Positions 28,125 through 37,300 of a stretch of DNA of 64,000 bases are shown in pieces. A model generated the notes under the pieces. The model ran no database searches and was not told the DNA's origin. It saw only the letters and a list, made by a program, of their open reading frames with translations. How positions within the stretch are numbered: the first letter of the stretch is position 1; every line of letters begins with the position of its first letter. Source of the stretch: an uncultured Rikenella sp. (lineage in GTDB: Bacteria; Bacteroidota; Bacteroidia; Bacteroidales; VadinHA17); contig CAZVLJ010000002.1 in the NCBI GenBank assembly GCA_964627825.1, positions 26,381-90,380 on the forward strand, written 5' to 3'. The translations under genes and the position numbers were made by a program.

Positions 28125-28193
28125 TCTGCCTTTTCGTTTATACTGAGAACTGATGGCATGTCTGTCCTGGCCGGTGGACTATGTCATGTTTTC

Positions 28194-31064
28194 CTATCTC
28201 CTGCAGAGGGTTCTGTAGGGGCAGTAGGCACATCTTCGCCTGAATGAGGTCATCGTAAAATCTTCATTATCAGCAAATATTTTATTCAGGGTCAGCTCCA
28301 GCTGTCGCTGAAAATCTGCCATGAAAGTGTTCCACTCTTCTTGGAGGGCATCAGGACCCTCCAATCCGGGAGCGCGGGTGTAAGGAGTAAAGTCAGCAGA
28401 TGACAATTGCTGGATCCAGTATATGGTTGGCAGCACAAGCCTGCCGGGGTGACTCTGCCTGATAAGCGTACAGTAAAAGAGTGCCTGCATGACGGCATCA
28501 TTGCGTTTGTCCTTTTCTTCATCAAACAGTCCCTCTACGGTGATGGTATCCCTTTTTGGGGCACCTGTCTTGTAATCAACAACTCTCACCGCCCCGCCGG
28601 TCATATCAATCCTGTCAGCCCTTCCTCCCACCTTCACCTCCACCCTGCCGTCAGCGGAGGCCACCGTGAAGGCGCCGGTAAAGTCTTCTTCCAGATGTAG
28701 CAGTCTGAGATCGCTGTGCCTGCCGTCATAGAGCAGCAGCTCCCTGGCATACCTCTCCAGTACATCAATGATTATCACTCCCTTACCTGAGAGGAGCGTA
28801 GGCCTGTCCCAATGCATCTCATCCATCGCAGTGGCGATGATCGTCTCCCGGATATGTTCCCTCTCCCCTGCCATCTTCGCAACGGCTCTTGCATTATCAG
28901 GTGACTCTTTCGCAGTAAGGTACAATCTTCTGAGAGCTTCATGCATGATATTACCGAACCTGCTCTGGTCAATCTCCTTTTCAAGCATCTCTTCCTCAGG
29001 CATTCCGCATACATATTTGTAATAGAAGCGCATGCGGCAGTTCAGCCATGTATTTACCGCGCTGGGTGAGAGGAATTTATCACTCTCACTTCCGTTTCCA
29101 TAAAGGCTGAAGAGGATCCTGTTGTGTTCCTGTTCCCTGGGAAGCGATTCTGCCAGCAGCCGGCTACGTCCGACGTTTACGTGCACTGTCCTGTGTCTGG
29201 GAGCAAATAGAGGGCTATAGCTCATACGCACCAGGTATCTGCTCATCTCTCCGGTGTTCAGACCACTTGTAGTGGAGTTGTACATGAACCAGCCCCTGGC
29301 CGGTTTGCGCAGCAACCTGAAGAAATAATATGAATAGATTGACTCATGCTCGTTTACCGTGGGCAGCCCGAATGCTCTTCGTATGTTATAGGGAATGTAG
29401 GTATTGTCATATGACATTCCCGGGAAGATACCCTCATTAAGGGAAAGGAATACTATGTTCCTGAATTCAAGTGACCTGGTTTCAAGGACGCCCATAACCT
29501 GTATACCACGCAGTGGTTCACCGGAGAAGGGAACAATCATCTTCCTGAAGACCCTGTCAAGCAGCCTGAGGCATGTATCAGGTTTGAGATCAAGGTTATA
29601 GCTCCTGATCAGGTTGGCCAACCTTACCGTGCTGTTCATGGCCATCCTCAGGTATTCACGGTCAACGCTCAGTGACGGACCATCCTTTTCGGCAGTGAAG
29701 GTAGCCTCCTCAAGGTTCTCCATAACCGCAGCCAGGTGTTCAGGTATCTCCGGTCCTCCAGCCGGGACGGAGAAGAGTTCTTTAAGGCCGAAACGCTCAC
29801 CCAGCAGTGAGGCGTTCACCCTGATCATATTGCCCTTGATGATCTCACGCACCACGGTATCGCCATCAGCTCGGGCAAGCAGCCTGAAATACTGGTGTCG
29901 CAGCAGTGAGAGAACATCATCGCTACGGAAGGTGATGTCACCGTCACTGTTTCTTGCAGAGCGGATGAGTGTCATCAACTGCTTCAGAAATGAGTAGAGG
30001 GAAGTAAGCCTGAAAGGGTGGCCCATGGTGACGTTCACATCTTCCACCGATGCTGGCAGTGATCCCAGCACCGGCATCAGCAGTTTCTCGTCAGCAAGGA
30101 TAACCGCTGTGGATGTAAGGTCATTTTCTCCGGTTATCTGCTCATCTTCAAGCAACTTTGCCACCATCCGCGCCTGGGCGGTATCTGTGGGGGCATCAAT
30201 TATCTGCCACAGGCCGCGGGGAGGTTCATGAATGCTATTGTCCGATTTCCCGACGGCATTGCCGAAGATGCGGCTGTTCTCCCTGATAAACAGGGAAGCC
30301 TTGTGCTCCGGGTCATCCATGAAAAAGTGATCGTCATCCCAATAGAATTCAGCCACGCCCAGTTGCTTCAGGTACCTGAAAAGTGTTTTCTCACAGTTGT
30401 TCAGGGCATTCAGTCCCACTATATGCCACCTTATTCCTTCAGGCACCTGCAGTATGCCCGAGAGTGCTTTCTCTGCCACCTCGCGGCACAGCATACCGTC
30501 GCCGGCCATACCCCTTGCCTTCATCGATTCATTGAAAGCGAAGTAAAGCGGGGCCATCTTCTGCCAGACAGACCGGAACCGGGAGCGTGCTTCACTGGTT
30601 GATGCCGAGGGATTGAATGATTTCCAGAACCCGCGTATTATTTCTATCTGTTCATCAGTGAGACCCCCGAAGGCAGCATCTATCTCCTTCAGGTCGGAGA
30701 TATTGCTGTAGAGTTTGCCGGCATCAGCCATGTAGAGGTCAATATCATTGAAGTCATTGATTATCACTTCACCCCATGGCCAGAAGTCATCAAAGCTCAT
30801 CTCCTCACCGAACAGTCTGCGGAAGACCTTATAGAGCTCAAATATCCGGGTATCTGAATCTGCAGGTGTCAGGCCGGTGAATGTCCGGAAGAGTTCACTG
30901 ACGGTAAGTAACGAGGGGGACCATAGAGGTTTGTCGCCCATTCCGGCCAGTGATCGGGTAAGCCACAACCCTGCCCTCCGGCTTGGCAGAACCACTGTCT
31001 GCTTCTCCATTTCATCTCCGTAGCGTTCATGGAGCCTGTATGCTACCCTGTCAAGGAAATCCAT
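28194..31064 (-). CDS. AddB-like PD-(D/E)XK nuclease subunit with Fe-S staple cysteines
   Basis: Nuclease motif RADRID..VRVVDYKTG. Four Cys arranged as C..(distal)..CAYCPYRTLC (CxxCx5C) as in AddB. Start set at ATG 31064; the longest ORF reaches 31100. Confidence 0.8.
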   Translation of the reverse strand: MDFLDRVAYRLHERYGDEMEKQTVVLPSRRAGLWLTRSLAGMGDKPLWSPSLLTVSELFRTFTGLTPADSDTRIFELYKVFRRLFGEEMSFDDFWPWGEVIINDFNDIDLYMADAGKLYSNISDLKEIDAAFGGLTDEQIEIIRGFWKSFNPSASTSEARSRFRSVWQKMAPLYFAFNESMKARGMAGDGMLCREVAEKALSGILQVPEGIRWHIVGLNALNNCEKTLFRYLKQLGVAEFYWDDDHFFMDDPEHKASLFIRENSRIFGNAVGKSDNSIHEPPRGLWQIIDAPTDTAQARMVAKLLEDEQITGENDLTSTAVILADEKLLMPVLGSLPASVEDVNVTMGHPFRLTSLYSFLKQLMTLIRSARNSDGDITFRSDDVLSLLRHQYFRLLARADGDTVVREIIKGNMIRVNASLLGERFGLKELFSVPAGGPEIPEHLAAVMENLEEATFTAEKDGPSLSVDREYLRMAMNSTVRLANLIRSYNLDLKPDTCLRLLDRVFRKMIVPFSGEPLRGIQVMGVLETRSLEFRNIVFLSLNEGIFPGMSYDNTYIPYNIRRAFGLPTVNEHESIYSYYFFRLLRKPARGWFMYNSTTSGLNTGEMSRYLVRMSYSPLFAPRHRTVHVNVGRSRLLAESLPREQEHNRILFSLYGNGSESDKFLSPSAVNTWLNCRMRFYYKYVCGMPEEEMLEKEIDQSRFGNIMHEALRRLYLTAKESPDNARAVAKMAGEREHIRETIIATAMDEMHWDRPTLLSGKGVIIIDVLERYARELLLYDGRHSDLRLLHLEEDFTGAFTVASADGRVEVKVGGRADRIDMTGGAVRVVDYKTGAPKRDTITVEGLFDEEKDKRNDAVMQALFYCTLIRQSHPGRLVLPTIYWIQQLSSADFTPYTRAPGLEGPDALQEEWNTFMADFQRQLELTLNKIFADNEDFTMTSFRRRCAYCPYRTLCRR

Positions 31065-31069
31065 TTTTT

Positions 31070-32029
31070 TCAATCCTTTTTGTACAAACGTCCCTGCCAT
31101 GTCTCACGCTCTTCCAGTCTCTGTTCGAAGAGCCTGAAGATTTCATTGCTGCGCATGTGCCATTTGCGCGGGTCATCAAGCAGATGCCTAGGGGCCTCTC
31201 CGCTGATACGGTCAATCATGATACCGGGTGACAGTCTTTCAGTAAAAGTGATCACCAGGTCAAGATAATCATCAAGGGAATAGAGATCGAATGCTGAGGG
31301 ATCTCTCCTGTATTCCTCCGCCATCACAGTCCCCTTAATCAACTGTAGCTGTCTTATCTTTAGTGACTTCAATGGCAATGTTGATATTATGTCAGCACTT
31401 TCAACCAATTGGGTCCGACTCTCGTCGGGGAGACCGAAGATCAGATGTGCTCCGGCATTCAGGCCCCGGTCAGCCGTCTCGCTGAGTGCCTTTGCTGAAG
31501 CAGCAAAATCATGACCCCTGTTAATCCTTTTCAGGGTATCATCGTTGACAGATTCTATCCCGTATTCAATGAAAATGAAATAGTCTCTTGCCATCACCGC
31601 AAGCCTGTCAAGCAGTTCAGCACTCACACAGTCAGGGCGGGTACCAATAACTATTCCGGTAACAGCAGGGTGGTTCAGTGCCTCATCATATAGTCCGATG
31701 AGTCTGTCGATGTCCGAATATGTATTTGTATATGCCTGGAAATATGCTATATATCTGTCAGCACGACGATACCTGCGGCGGTGGAATTCAATTCCCTGTT
31801 CTATCTGTGACGTAATGCTTTTATCGGGAGTGCAGTAGCCCGGGATGAATGCCTCGTTATTGCAATAGGTGCATCCTCCGTACCCCAGGGTTCCGTCACG
31901 GTTAGGGCAGGTGAAGCCGGCGTTAACGCTCACCTTCTGCACTCTCCTGCCAAAGAAAGAGGTGAACCAGTCGGCATAGGAGTTATACCTTCTCACACTA
32001 CCCCAATCGTATATCCTCTTCCCGTTCAT
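31070..32029 (-). CDS. Radical SAM protein, TIGR01212 (YhcC-like) family
   Basis: GFTCPNRDGTLGYGGCTYCN cluster motif characteristic of this family; 319 aa. Confidence 0.85.
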   Translation of the reverse strand: MNGKRIYDWGSVRRYNSYADWFTSFFGRRVQKVSVNAGFTCPNRDGTLGYGGCTYCNNEAFIPGYCTPDKSITSQIEQGIEFHRRRYRRADRYIAYFQAYTNTYSDIDRLIGLYDEALNHPAVTGIVIGTRPDCVSAELLDRLAVMARDYFIFIEYGIESVNDDTLKRINRGHDFAASAKALSETADRGLNAGAHLIFGLPDESRTQLVESADIISTLPLKSLKIRQLQLIKGTVMAEEYRRDPSAFDLYSLDDYLDLVITFTERLSPGIMIDRISGEAPRHLLDDPRKWHMRSNEIFRLFEQRLEERETWQGRLYKKD

Positions 32030-35000
32030 GCTTCTTCAATGATCTCTTTCATTACATACCACAGGTATGATCTTACATTTGCATAGCCCATTCGCGTCAG
32101 CAGATCACGGTATGTTGCTGCCTGTTGCCTGTGGCGGGATGACTGCTCCCCGAATTTATAATCCACCACTGTGACCTCATCCTCTCCTATCATTATCCTG
32201 TCAGGGCGTCGGGCGGCGCCCGTGGGAAGAATGATGGATGCTTCGGTCATCACTGTGAGTGAGCCGTTGAACCAGCTACGTACCTTTTCTGATGAGAGTA
32301 TACGGTGCAGGCGGCTGGTTATCTCATGACGCCTGGTCAGCGGGAGCATGCCGGTGGCGCAGGCATGGTCAACGGCCTCTTCAATATCTTCAGTGGTGGT
32401 TATGCGGCTGAGCAATTCATGCATCATGATACCGTACACTCTTCCGCCCGTTTCCTCCAGCTTCAGGTCATCCTGCGGGAGGGCGCCGCCCGTTCTCAGC
32501 CTGAGTGAGCCTCGGGGTTCGCTGACAGTGTACTGATCCATCTCTATCGGCTGCTCACGCTGCCCCCTGACCACCGCAGGCAGCTCACCGAACTTAATGA
32601 TCTTAAGTGGCTCCTCTTCCCTGAGTATGAATGTGTCAGGCAATGCTGCCAGGGCCTCATTGAGCAGGCTGCCGGAGTTACCGCTACCACCTGACGTGCC
32701 GGCAAACTCAGGGGCCATAACATAGAGTGCGTCCACTGCCCTCGTGAAGGCTACATAGAGCAGGTTGATCCCGTCAAGCCAGTCGGATGCCTTTTCCATG
32801 CGGGCCTCGGCGGCGAAGAGTGATTCCTCAAGGCTCTTGCTCATTTCGGGCAGCACCACCGGCATGGGCCCGAACGGAGGCGGCACATCAGTGACCCAGA
32901 GAAGAGACCTGTTGAACCCTCCCTTTGAGAAATCCCACGAGGCAAAGGGGATGATCACAACCCTGCTCTGCAGACCCTTGGCCTTATGTATTGTCATCAC
33001 GCGCATGGCTTCCTGCATGTCTGACTGGCTCAGTGTGGTCTTGCAACCTTCATCGTCCCACCATCTCACGAACCCGGAGATATCCGAGCTGTGCCTGCCG
33101 GACCATTCCAGGACGGCATCCTGGAATGAGCTGACATAGGCTATATTATCTTTGTTCTCCCCCAGCCGGAAGAAACGGATCATGTTCTCCGTAGCACTGA
33201 AGAGGGAACTGTTGCGAAAGGAGTTGAGCATCTCCTCCCATCCCTCAGGCAGAGCTGCCGAAGTCATTTCAGTTGCATCCCCGCTGTATAACTGCCGTTC
33301 ATCGCCTCCTGTTGCCAGGATATACGAACGTACCATCTGGCTGCGGTTGATGCGGCTGGAGGGATCAGTCAGGTGTCTCAGGCAAGCTATTATAAGGGTT
33401 ACAGCAGGATTACGTTCAAGCAGCAACGACTCACCCGAAGTGATCTCATAATTGTATTTCCGGTGCTGCTCCGGCGTGCATGTGGAGCTATGTTCAAGGA
33501 TGCGGCTGATGATTTGTTTTCCCTCATCGTTCGTCCGGCAGAGGAACAGTATCTCATCAGCATTGTAACCGTGATCCTGTATCTTCTCAATCAATGAAGG
33601 CAGATCACGGAGCACCTTCTCCTTCCATCCCTCCTCATCGTTCTTCGGATACAGGGTTACCTGCACGAAGCCTCCTTTCATCCCTTCAGTTCCTTCCTGA
33701 CGGGAGTCAGCATAGACCTCACTCAGCTTCAGTCCTTCGAATGCCAGCTTGTCATCACAGAGTGCCGGAACAGAATCTGGACTGAAGATACTGTTGTTAA
33801 AGGTGATAATATTTTCCCTGCTGCGGAAGTTGGTGTTCAGCGGGATGTTCCTGACAACTTCATCACCAAAAGAACGGGCCGCCTCACTGTGTATTATGCG
33901 CCAGTCGCTGTTACGCCAGCGGTATATTGACTGTTTGACATCACCCACCACCAGGTTATCCCTGCCGCGTGAAAGAGTCTCGGCAATCAGTGGCCGGAAG
34001 TTGTTCCACTGGATGCGTGAGGTATCCTGGAACTCATCTATGATATAATGATCATATACTGTGCCTATTTTTTCATAGATAAAGGGAGTATCGTCATCGG
34101 CTATCAGTCTGCTGATCAGCTCCCCGGAGTCAGACAGGAGGAAGAGATTCTGGTCGTGTGCCTGTTCGCGCACTTTCTCGCTGATAGCTCCCAGGATTCC
34201 TATCACGTGTATTGTTCTCACCTGTGCAAGGGCTGCTACATATAGAGGATACTCCTTCTCAAACCATCCGGATATGGCTGTTACCACGTCACCGAGCCCC
34301 ATTGTAATGGCTTTGCCAAAAGCCTGAACCAGCTCCGGTCCGGCGGTCTTGGCATGGTACTTTCCTTCTTCCGTTGCCTTTTTCCAGGCAGACCCGGGTT
34401 TGCGTGTATCACCTTCAGCATATTTTCTGAGGCCATCGCCCACCCCTCCCCTGCTTTTTGAGAGAAAATCGTCAGCAGTGATACCGCAATCGGTGAATAT
34501 CCTTACTCCCTCAGCAGCAAGTCTTTTAAGTTCAGCTTCAAACCTTTTCTTAATGGCATAGACTCCTGAAGCATACTTTGCCATCACTCCGTAATCACTG
34601 ATCTTCTTTCTGTCTTCAGCGCTCAGCTGCCTGAAATTCTCACGGAAGATCTGGTCTGCCACACCCAGGATCTCATGTCTTATGTCCCATCCCTTGCTGT
34701 CATCAAGGCGGGAGGCTACATACGAAGAGATCCAGTCAAGCAACTTTCTGTCACCTGCTACCCCGGCGAGCAGGCTGTCAACCGCATCAGAGAGCAGTGC
34801 CCGGTGTTCCAGTTCAATCTCATATCCGGCGGGTATATCCATCTCACGGGCAAATGCCCTTATGACTCTCTGGAAGAATGAGTCAATGGTGCCCACTGTA
34901 AAGCGGGAGTAATCCTGAAGAATATTTCCCAGTGCCACCGGCGCATTCCTTCTCACCGTTACCAGTGCAGAACCGCTGTCAGGCCACAGATCAGGAAAAA

Positions 35001-35253
35001 ATCTGCACAGGTATTCCGTAAATTCGATCCTCTCCTTTTCGCCTCTTTCGTTTTCCAGGCCCAGAAGGTGCAGTCTCTTCAGAATCCTGCGCTTCATCTC
35101 GGCAGCAGCAGCGTTTGTAAAGGTAACAGCGAGGATGCGCCGGTAAGCCCCCGGATCATGCAACACCCTGGACAGGTAGAAAGCAGTCAGGGCATGGGTC
35201 TTGCCTGACCCTGCCGATGCACTGTATTTCAATAACTTGCCTGGCGAGTTCAT
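32026..35253 (-). CDS. AddA-like UvrD-family helicase with C-terminal PD-(D/E)XK nuclease
   Basis: Walker A ASAGSGKTHALT, DEFQDTS, VGDVKQSIYRWRN, TIHKAKGL, C-terminal RPDRIM..VTVVDYKFG. Confidence 0.85.
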   Translation of the reverse strand: MNSPGKLLKYSASAGSGKTHALTAFYLSRVLHDPGAYRRILAVTFTNAAAAEMKRRILKRLHLLGLENERGEKERIEFTEYLCRFFPDLWPDSGSALVTVRRNAPVALGNILQDYSRFTVGTIDSFFQRVIRAFAREMDIPAGYEIELEHRALLSDAVDSLLAGVAGDRKLLDWISSYVASRLDDSKGWDIRHEILGVADQIFRENFRQLSAEDRKKISDYGVMAKYASGVYAIKKRFEAELKRLAAEGVRIFTDCGITADDFLSKSRGGVGDGLRKYAEGDTRKPGSAWKKATEEGKYHAKTAGPELVQAFGKAITMGLGDVVTAISGWFEKEYPLYVAALAQVRTIHVIGILGAISEKVREQAHDQNLFLLSDSGELISRLIADDDTPFIYEKIGTVYDHYIIDEFQDTSRIQWNNFRPLIAETLSRGRDNLVVGDVKQSIYRWRNSDWRIIHSEAARSFGDEVVRNIPLNTNFRSRENIITFNNSIFSPDSVPALCDDKLAFEGLKLSEVYADSRQEGTEGMKGGFVQVTLYPKNDEEGWKEKVLRDLPSLIEKIQDHGYNADEILFLCRTNDEGKQIISRILEHSSTCTPEQHRKYNYEITSGESLLLERNPAVTLIIACLRHLTDPSSRINRSQMVRSYILATGGDERQLYSGDATEMTSAALPEGWEEMLNSFRNSSLFSATENMIRFFRLGENKDNIAYVSSFQDAVLEWSGRHSSDISGFVRWWDDEGCKTTLSQSDMQEAMRVMTIHKAKGLQSRVVIIPFASWDFSKGGFNRSLLWVTDVPPPFGPMPVVLPEMSKSLEESLFAAEARMEKASDWLDGINLLYVAFTRAVDALYVMAPEFAGTSGGSGNSGSLLNEALAALPDTFILREEEPLKIIKFGELPAVVRGQREQPIEMDQYTVSEPRGSLRLRTGGALPQDDLKLEETGGRVYGIMMHELLSRITTTEDIEEAVDHACATGMLPLTRRHEITSRLHRILSSEKVRSWFNGSLTVMTEASIILPTGAARRPDRIMIGEDEVTVVDYKFGEQSSRHRQQAATYRDLLTRMGYANVRSYLWYVMKEIIEEA

Positions 35254-35330
35254 TTTTTGAAAAGTAGTAAAAAAAGAGCCATGAACCAGTGCTGAATAAA
35301 AGTAGTTTTCAACATATTGAGGTAAAGCAC

Positions 35331-35338
35331 TACCTTTG
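35331..35338 (+). promoter_or_regulatory. -7 promoter box TACCTTTG immediately upstream of mnmA
   Basis: Exact TAnnTTTG ending 4 nt before GTG 35343. Confidence 0.4.
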
Positions 35339-35342
35339 CCCC

Positions 35343-36542
35343 GTGAAAAAGAAGGTCATAGTCGGGTTGTCAGGAGGAGTCGACTCCAGTGTTGCAGCAT
35401 GGATCCTGAAGGAAGGGGGTTATGAGGTGGAGGGGCTTTTTATGATCAACTGGCATGACAGCCGCGGTCTGCTCAAGGGTGATTGTCCGTATGATGAGGA
35501 CATCACCTTTGCCGAGATGGTTGCCAGGAAGCTGGGCATCAGGCTTCGCACTGTGGATCTGAGCGGGGAGTACCGCACCAGGGTTGTGGACTACATGTTC
35601 AGCGAGTATGCCGCCGGTCGCACTCCCAACCCTGATGTGCTCTGCAACCGTGAGATCAAGTTTGACTCGTTTGTGCGTGAGGCACTCAAGCATGGAGCAG
35701 ATTATGTTGCCACCGGGCATTACTGCAGGAATGAGCAGACTGAGACAGGTGGCGGAAGGATTAATCGGCTCCTTGCGGGGGTTGACCGCAACAAGGACCA
35801 GAGCTATTTTCTCTGCCAGGTAAGCCAGAGGCAGCTTGACAATGTGCTGTTCCCGTTAGGCACACTTGCCAAACCGGAGGTGCGTAAGATTGCATCCGAT
35901 CTGGGGCTTGCCACTGCCGTCAGAAAAGATTCCCAGGGCATATGTTTTGTTGGAAAGGTAGATCTGCCGGCCTTCCTGCAGCAACAGCTTGAGGCAAGAA
36001 AGGGAAGGGTCATATATGTACCTGACGGCGAAGTATTCACGGGCTGGCCTGACGGACTGCCCGGTGAAGGCATCTCCGACGGTGATCTGGCCATGATGGT
36101 TCGTCCGCACGCTAAGGATCCCGGTGCCGGGGTGACCGCTGGAGTGCATAACGGAGCCCATTTCTTCACCGTGGGGCAAAGGAAGGGACTCAATCTGGGG
36201 GGCTACAGGGAGCCTCTTTTTGTCATAGGCACAGATACGGTCAACAACATCGTGTATGTTGGTGAGGGACAGATGCACCGGGGACTGTACCGCAAGGGTC
36301 TCTTCATAAAAGCCGGCCAGGTACACTGGATAAGGGAAGATCTGGCCATGATGCCTGGCGAGAGCCGTGATTACCAGGTACGTATCCGCTATCGCCAGCC
36401 CCTGCAGCATGCCCGTATATTTACGCATGATGAGGGTTATTACGTGATCTTTGAAAAGGCTCAACGCGGCATCACACCCGGACAGTTTGCTGCATGGTAT
36501 GACGGTGAAGAGCTGCTGGGTTCAGGGCCCATAGATGAATAA
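35343..36542 (+). CDS. mnmA: tRNA 2-thiouridine(34) synthase MnmA
   Basis: PP-loop VIVGLSGGVDSSVAA, NPDVLCNREIKF, DQSYFL, FFTVGQRKGL. Start set at GTG 35343. The longest ORF (GTG 35289) adds 18 residues that do not look like MnmA. Confidence 0.93.
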   Translation: MKKKVIVGLSGGVDSSVAAWILKEGGYEVEGLFMINWHDSRGLLKGDCPYDEDITFAEMVARKLGIRLRTVDLSGEYRTRVVDYMFSEYAAGRTPNPDVLCNREIKFDSFVREALKHGADYVATGHYCRNEQTETGGGRINRLLAGVDRNKDQSYFLCQVSQRQLDNVLFPLGTLAKPEVRKIASDLGLATAVRKDSQGICFVGKVDLPAFLQQQLEARKGRVIYVPDGEVFTGWPDGLPGEGISDGDLAMMVRPHAKDPGAGVTAGVHNGAHFFTVGQRKGLNLGGYREPLFVIGTDTVNNIVYVGEGQMHRGLYRKGLFIKAGQVHWIREDLAMMPGESRDYQVRIRYRQPLQHARIFTHDEGYYVIFEKAQRGITPGQFAAWYDGEELLGSGPIDE

Positions 36543-36625
36543 GAGCAACAGACAGAGAACTTACTTAAACAATAATTGTTAATTACAGAAGTTATTATTA
36601 ATTGTCATTATTAAAAAAAAGTACC

Positions 36626-37132
36626 ATGAAAAAACTGATCCTTTCCTTAGTCTTTGTTGCTTTCGCGTTTACAATGAACGCACAGAGCAATGTAATCAAA
36701 ACCAATCCTTTAGGCCTGGCCTTCGGAAGCTTCAATGCCACCTACGAGAGAGTATTTGGCACATCCTCCTCGCTACTGGTCAGAGGACAGTACATGTATA
36801 AGCTGCTTGGAGTAGATGTCAGCCTTACCGGTGCAGGACTGGGCTACAGGTACTACTTTACACATACAAAGAAACCTGTTCCCGGCGGTTTTTACATTAA
36901 TCCGCAGGCAGCGTTTTCATTTGGAAAAGTAAACGATGACACGGAAGGCAACTATACCGCAAGCACAATAGGTTTCGGTGCCGAGCTGGGTTATCAGTGG
37001 GTCTGGGATAGCGGTTTTGTCCTTGACCTGGGTATAGGGCCAATGTACACTATTGCCAAAGGAGGGGACAGTGAAAACAGTCTTGATGGCATAGTACCCA
37101 GCGCCACTCTGGCCATAGGGTATGCATTCTGA
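36626..37132 (+). CDS. DUF3575-type small outer-membrane beta-barrel protein
   Basis: Signal MKKLILSLVFVAFAFTMNAQ, alternating aromatic/Gly strands, C-terminal ..LAIGYAF. Confidence 0.7.
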   Translation: MKKLILSLVFVAFAFTMNAQSNVIKTNPLGLAFGSFNATYERVFGTSSSLLVRGQYMYKLLGVDVSLTGAGLGYRYYFTHTKKPVPGGFYINPQAAFSFGKVNDDTEGNYTASTIGFGAELGYQWVWDSGFVLDLGIGPMYTIAKGGDSENSLDGIVPSATLAIGYAF

Positions 37133-37158
37133 CAATTGAAAACACTATTGTTTAAGGA

Positions 37159-37187
37159 ACAGGCGGAGAGATCCGCCTGTTTTTTTT
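37159..37187 (+). terminator. Rho-independent terminator (ACAGGCGG-agagat-CCGCCTGT + T8)
   Basis: Perfect 8-bp GC-rich stem followed by TTTTTTTT. Confidence 0.8.
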
Positions 37188-37191
37188 GGAT

Positions 37192-37299
37192 TAGGCAGTA
37201 GGCAGTTGGCATTAGGCAATAGTGTAACAATGATAAGGTTATTATCAAACTACCCGGCAAAAACTTCACAACTGCCTCTTGCCTATTGCCTCTTGCCTG
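37192..37299 (+). repeat. Heptamer-armed hairpin element, family 1, second copy
   Basis: Left arm TAGGCAG TAGGCAG TTGGCAT TAGGCAA TAGTGTA, right arm ACTGCCT CTTGCCT ATTGCCT CTTGCCT. 37192..37220 pairs with 37271..37299 (21 WC, 3 G.U, 5 mismatches), with a 50-nt loop. Confidence 0.85.
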
Positions 37300-37300
37300 C

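Noticed and set aside
35950-36180. Roughly 35-aa insertion in MnmA relative to E. coli (..VPDGEVFTGWPDGLPGEGISDGDLAMMVRPHAKDPGAGV..) as a novelty
   Set aside because: As far as I recall, Bacteroidota MnmA proteins are generally longer than the E. coli enzyme, with an insertion at this position, so this is probably lineage-typical. An alignment would confirm it.
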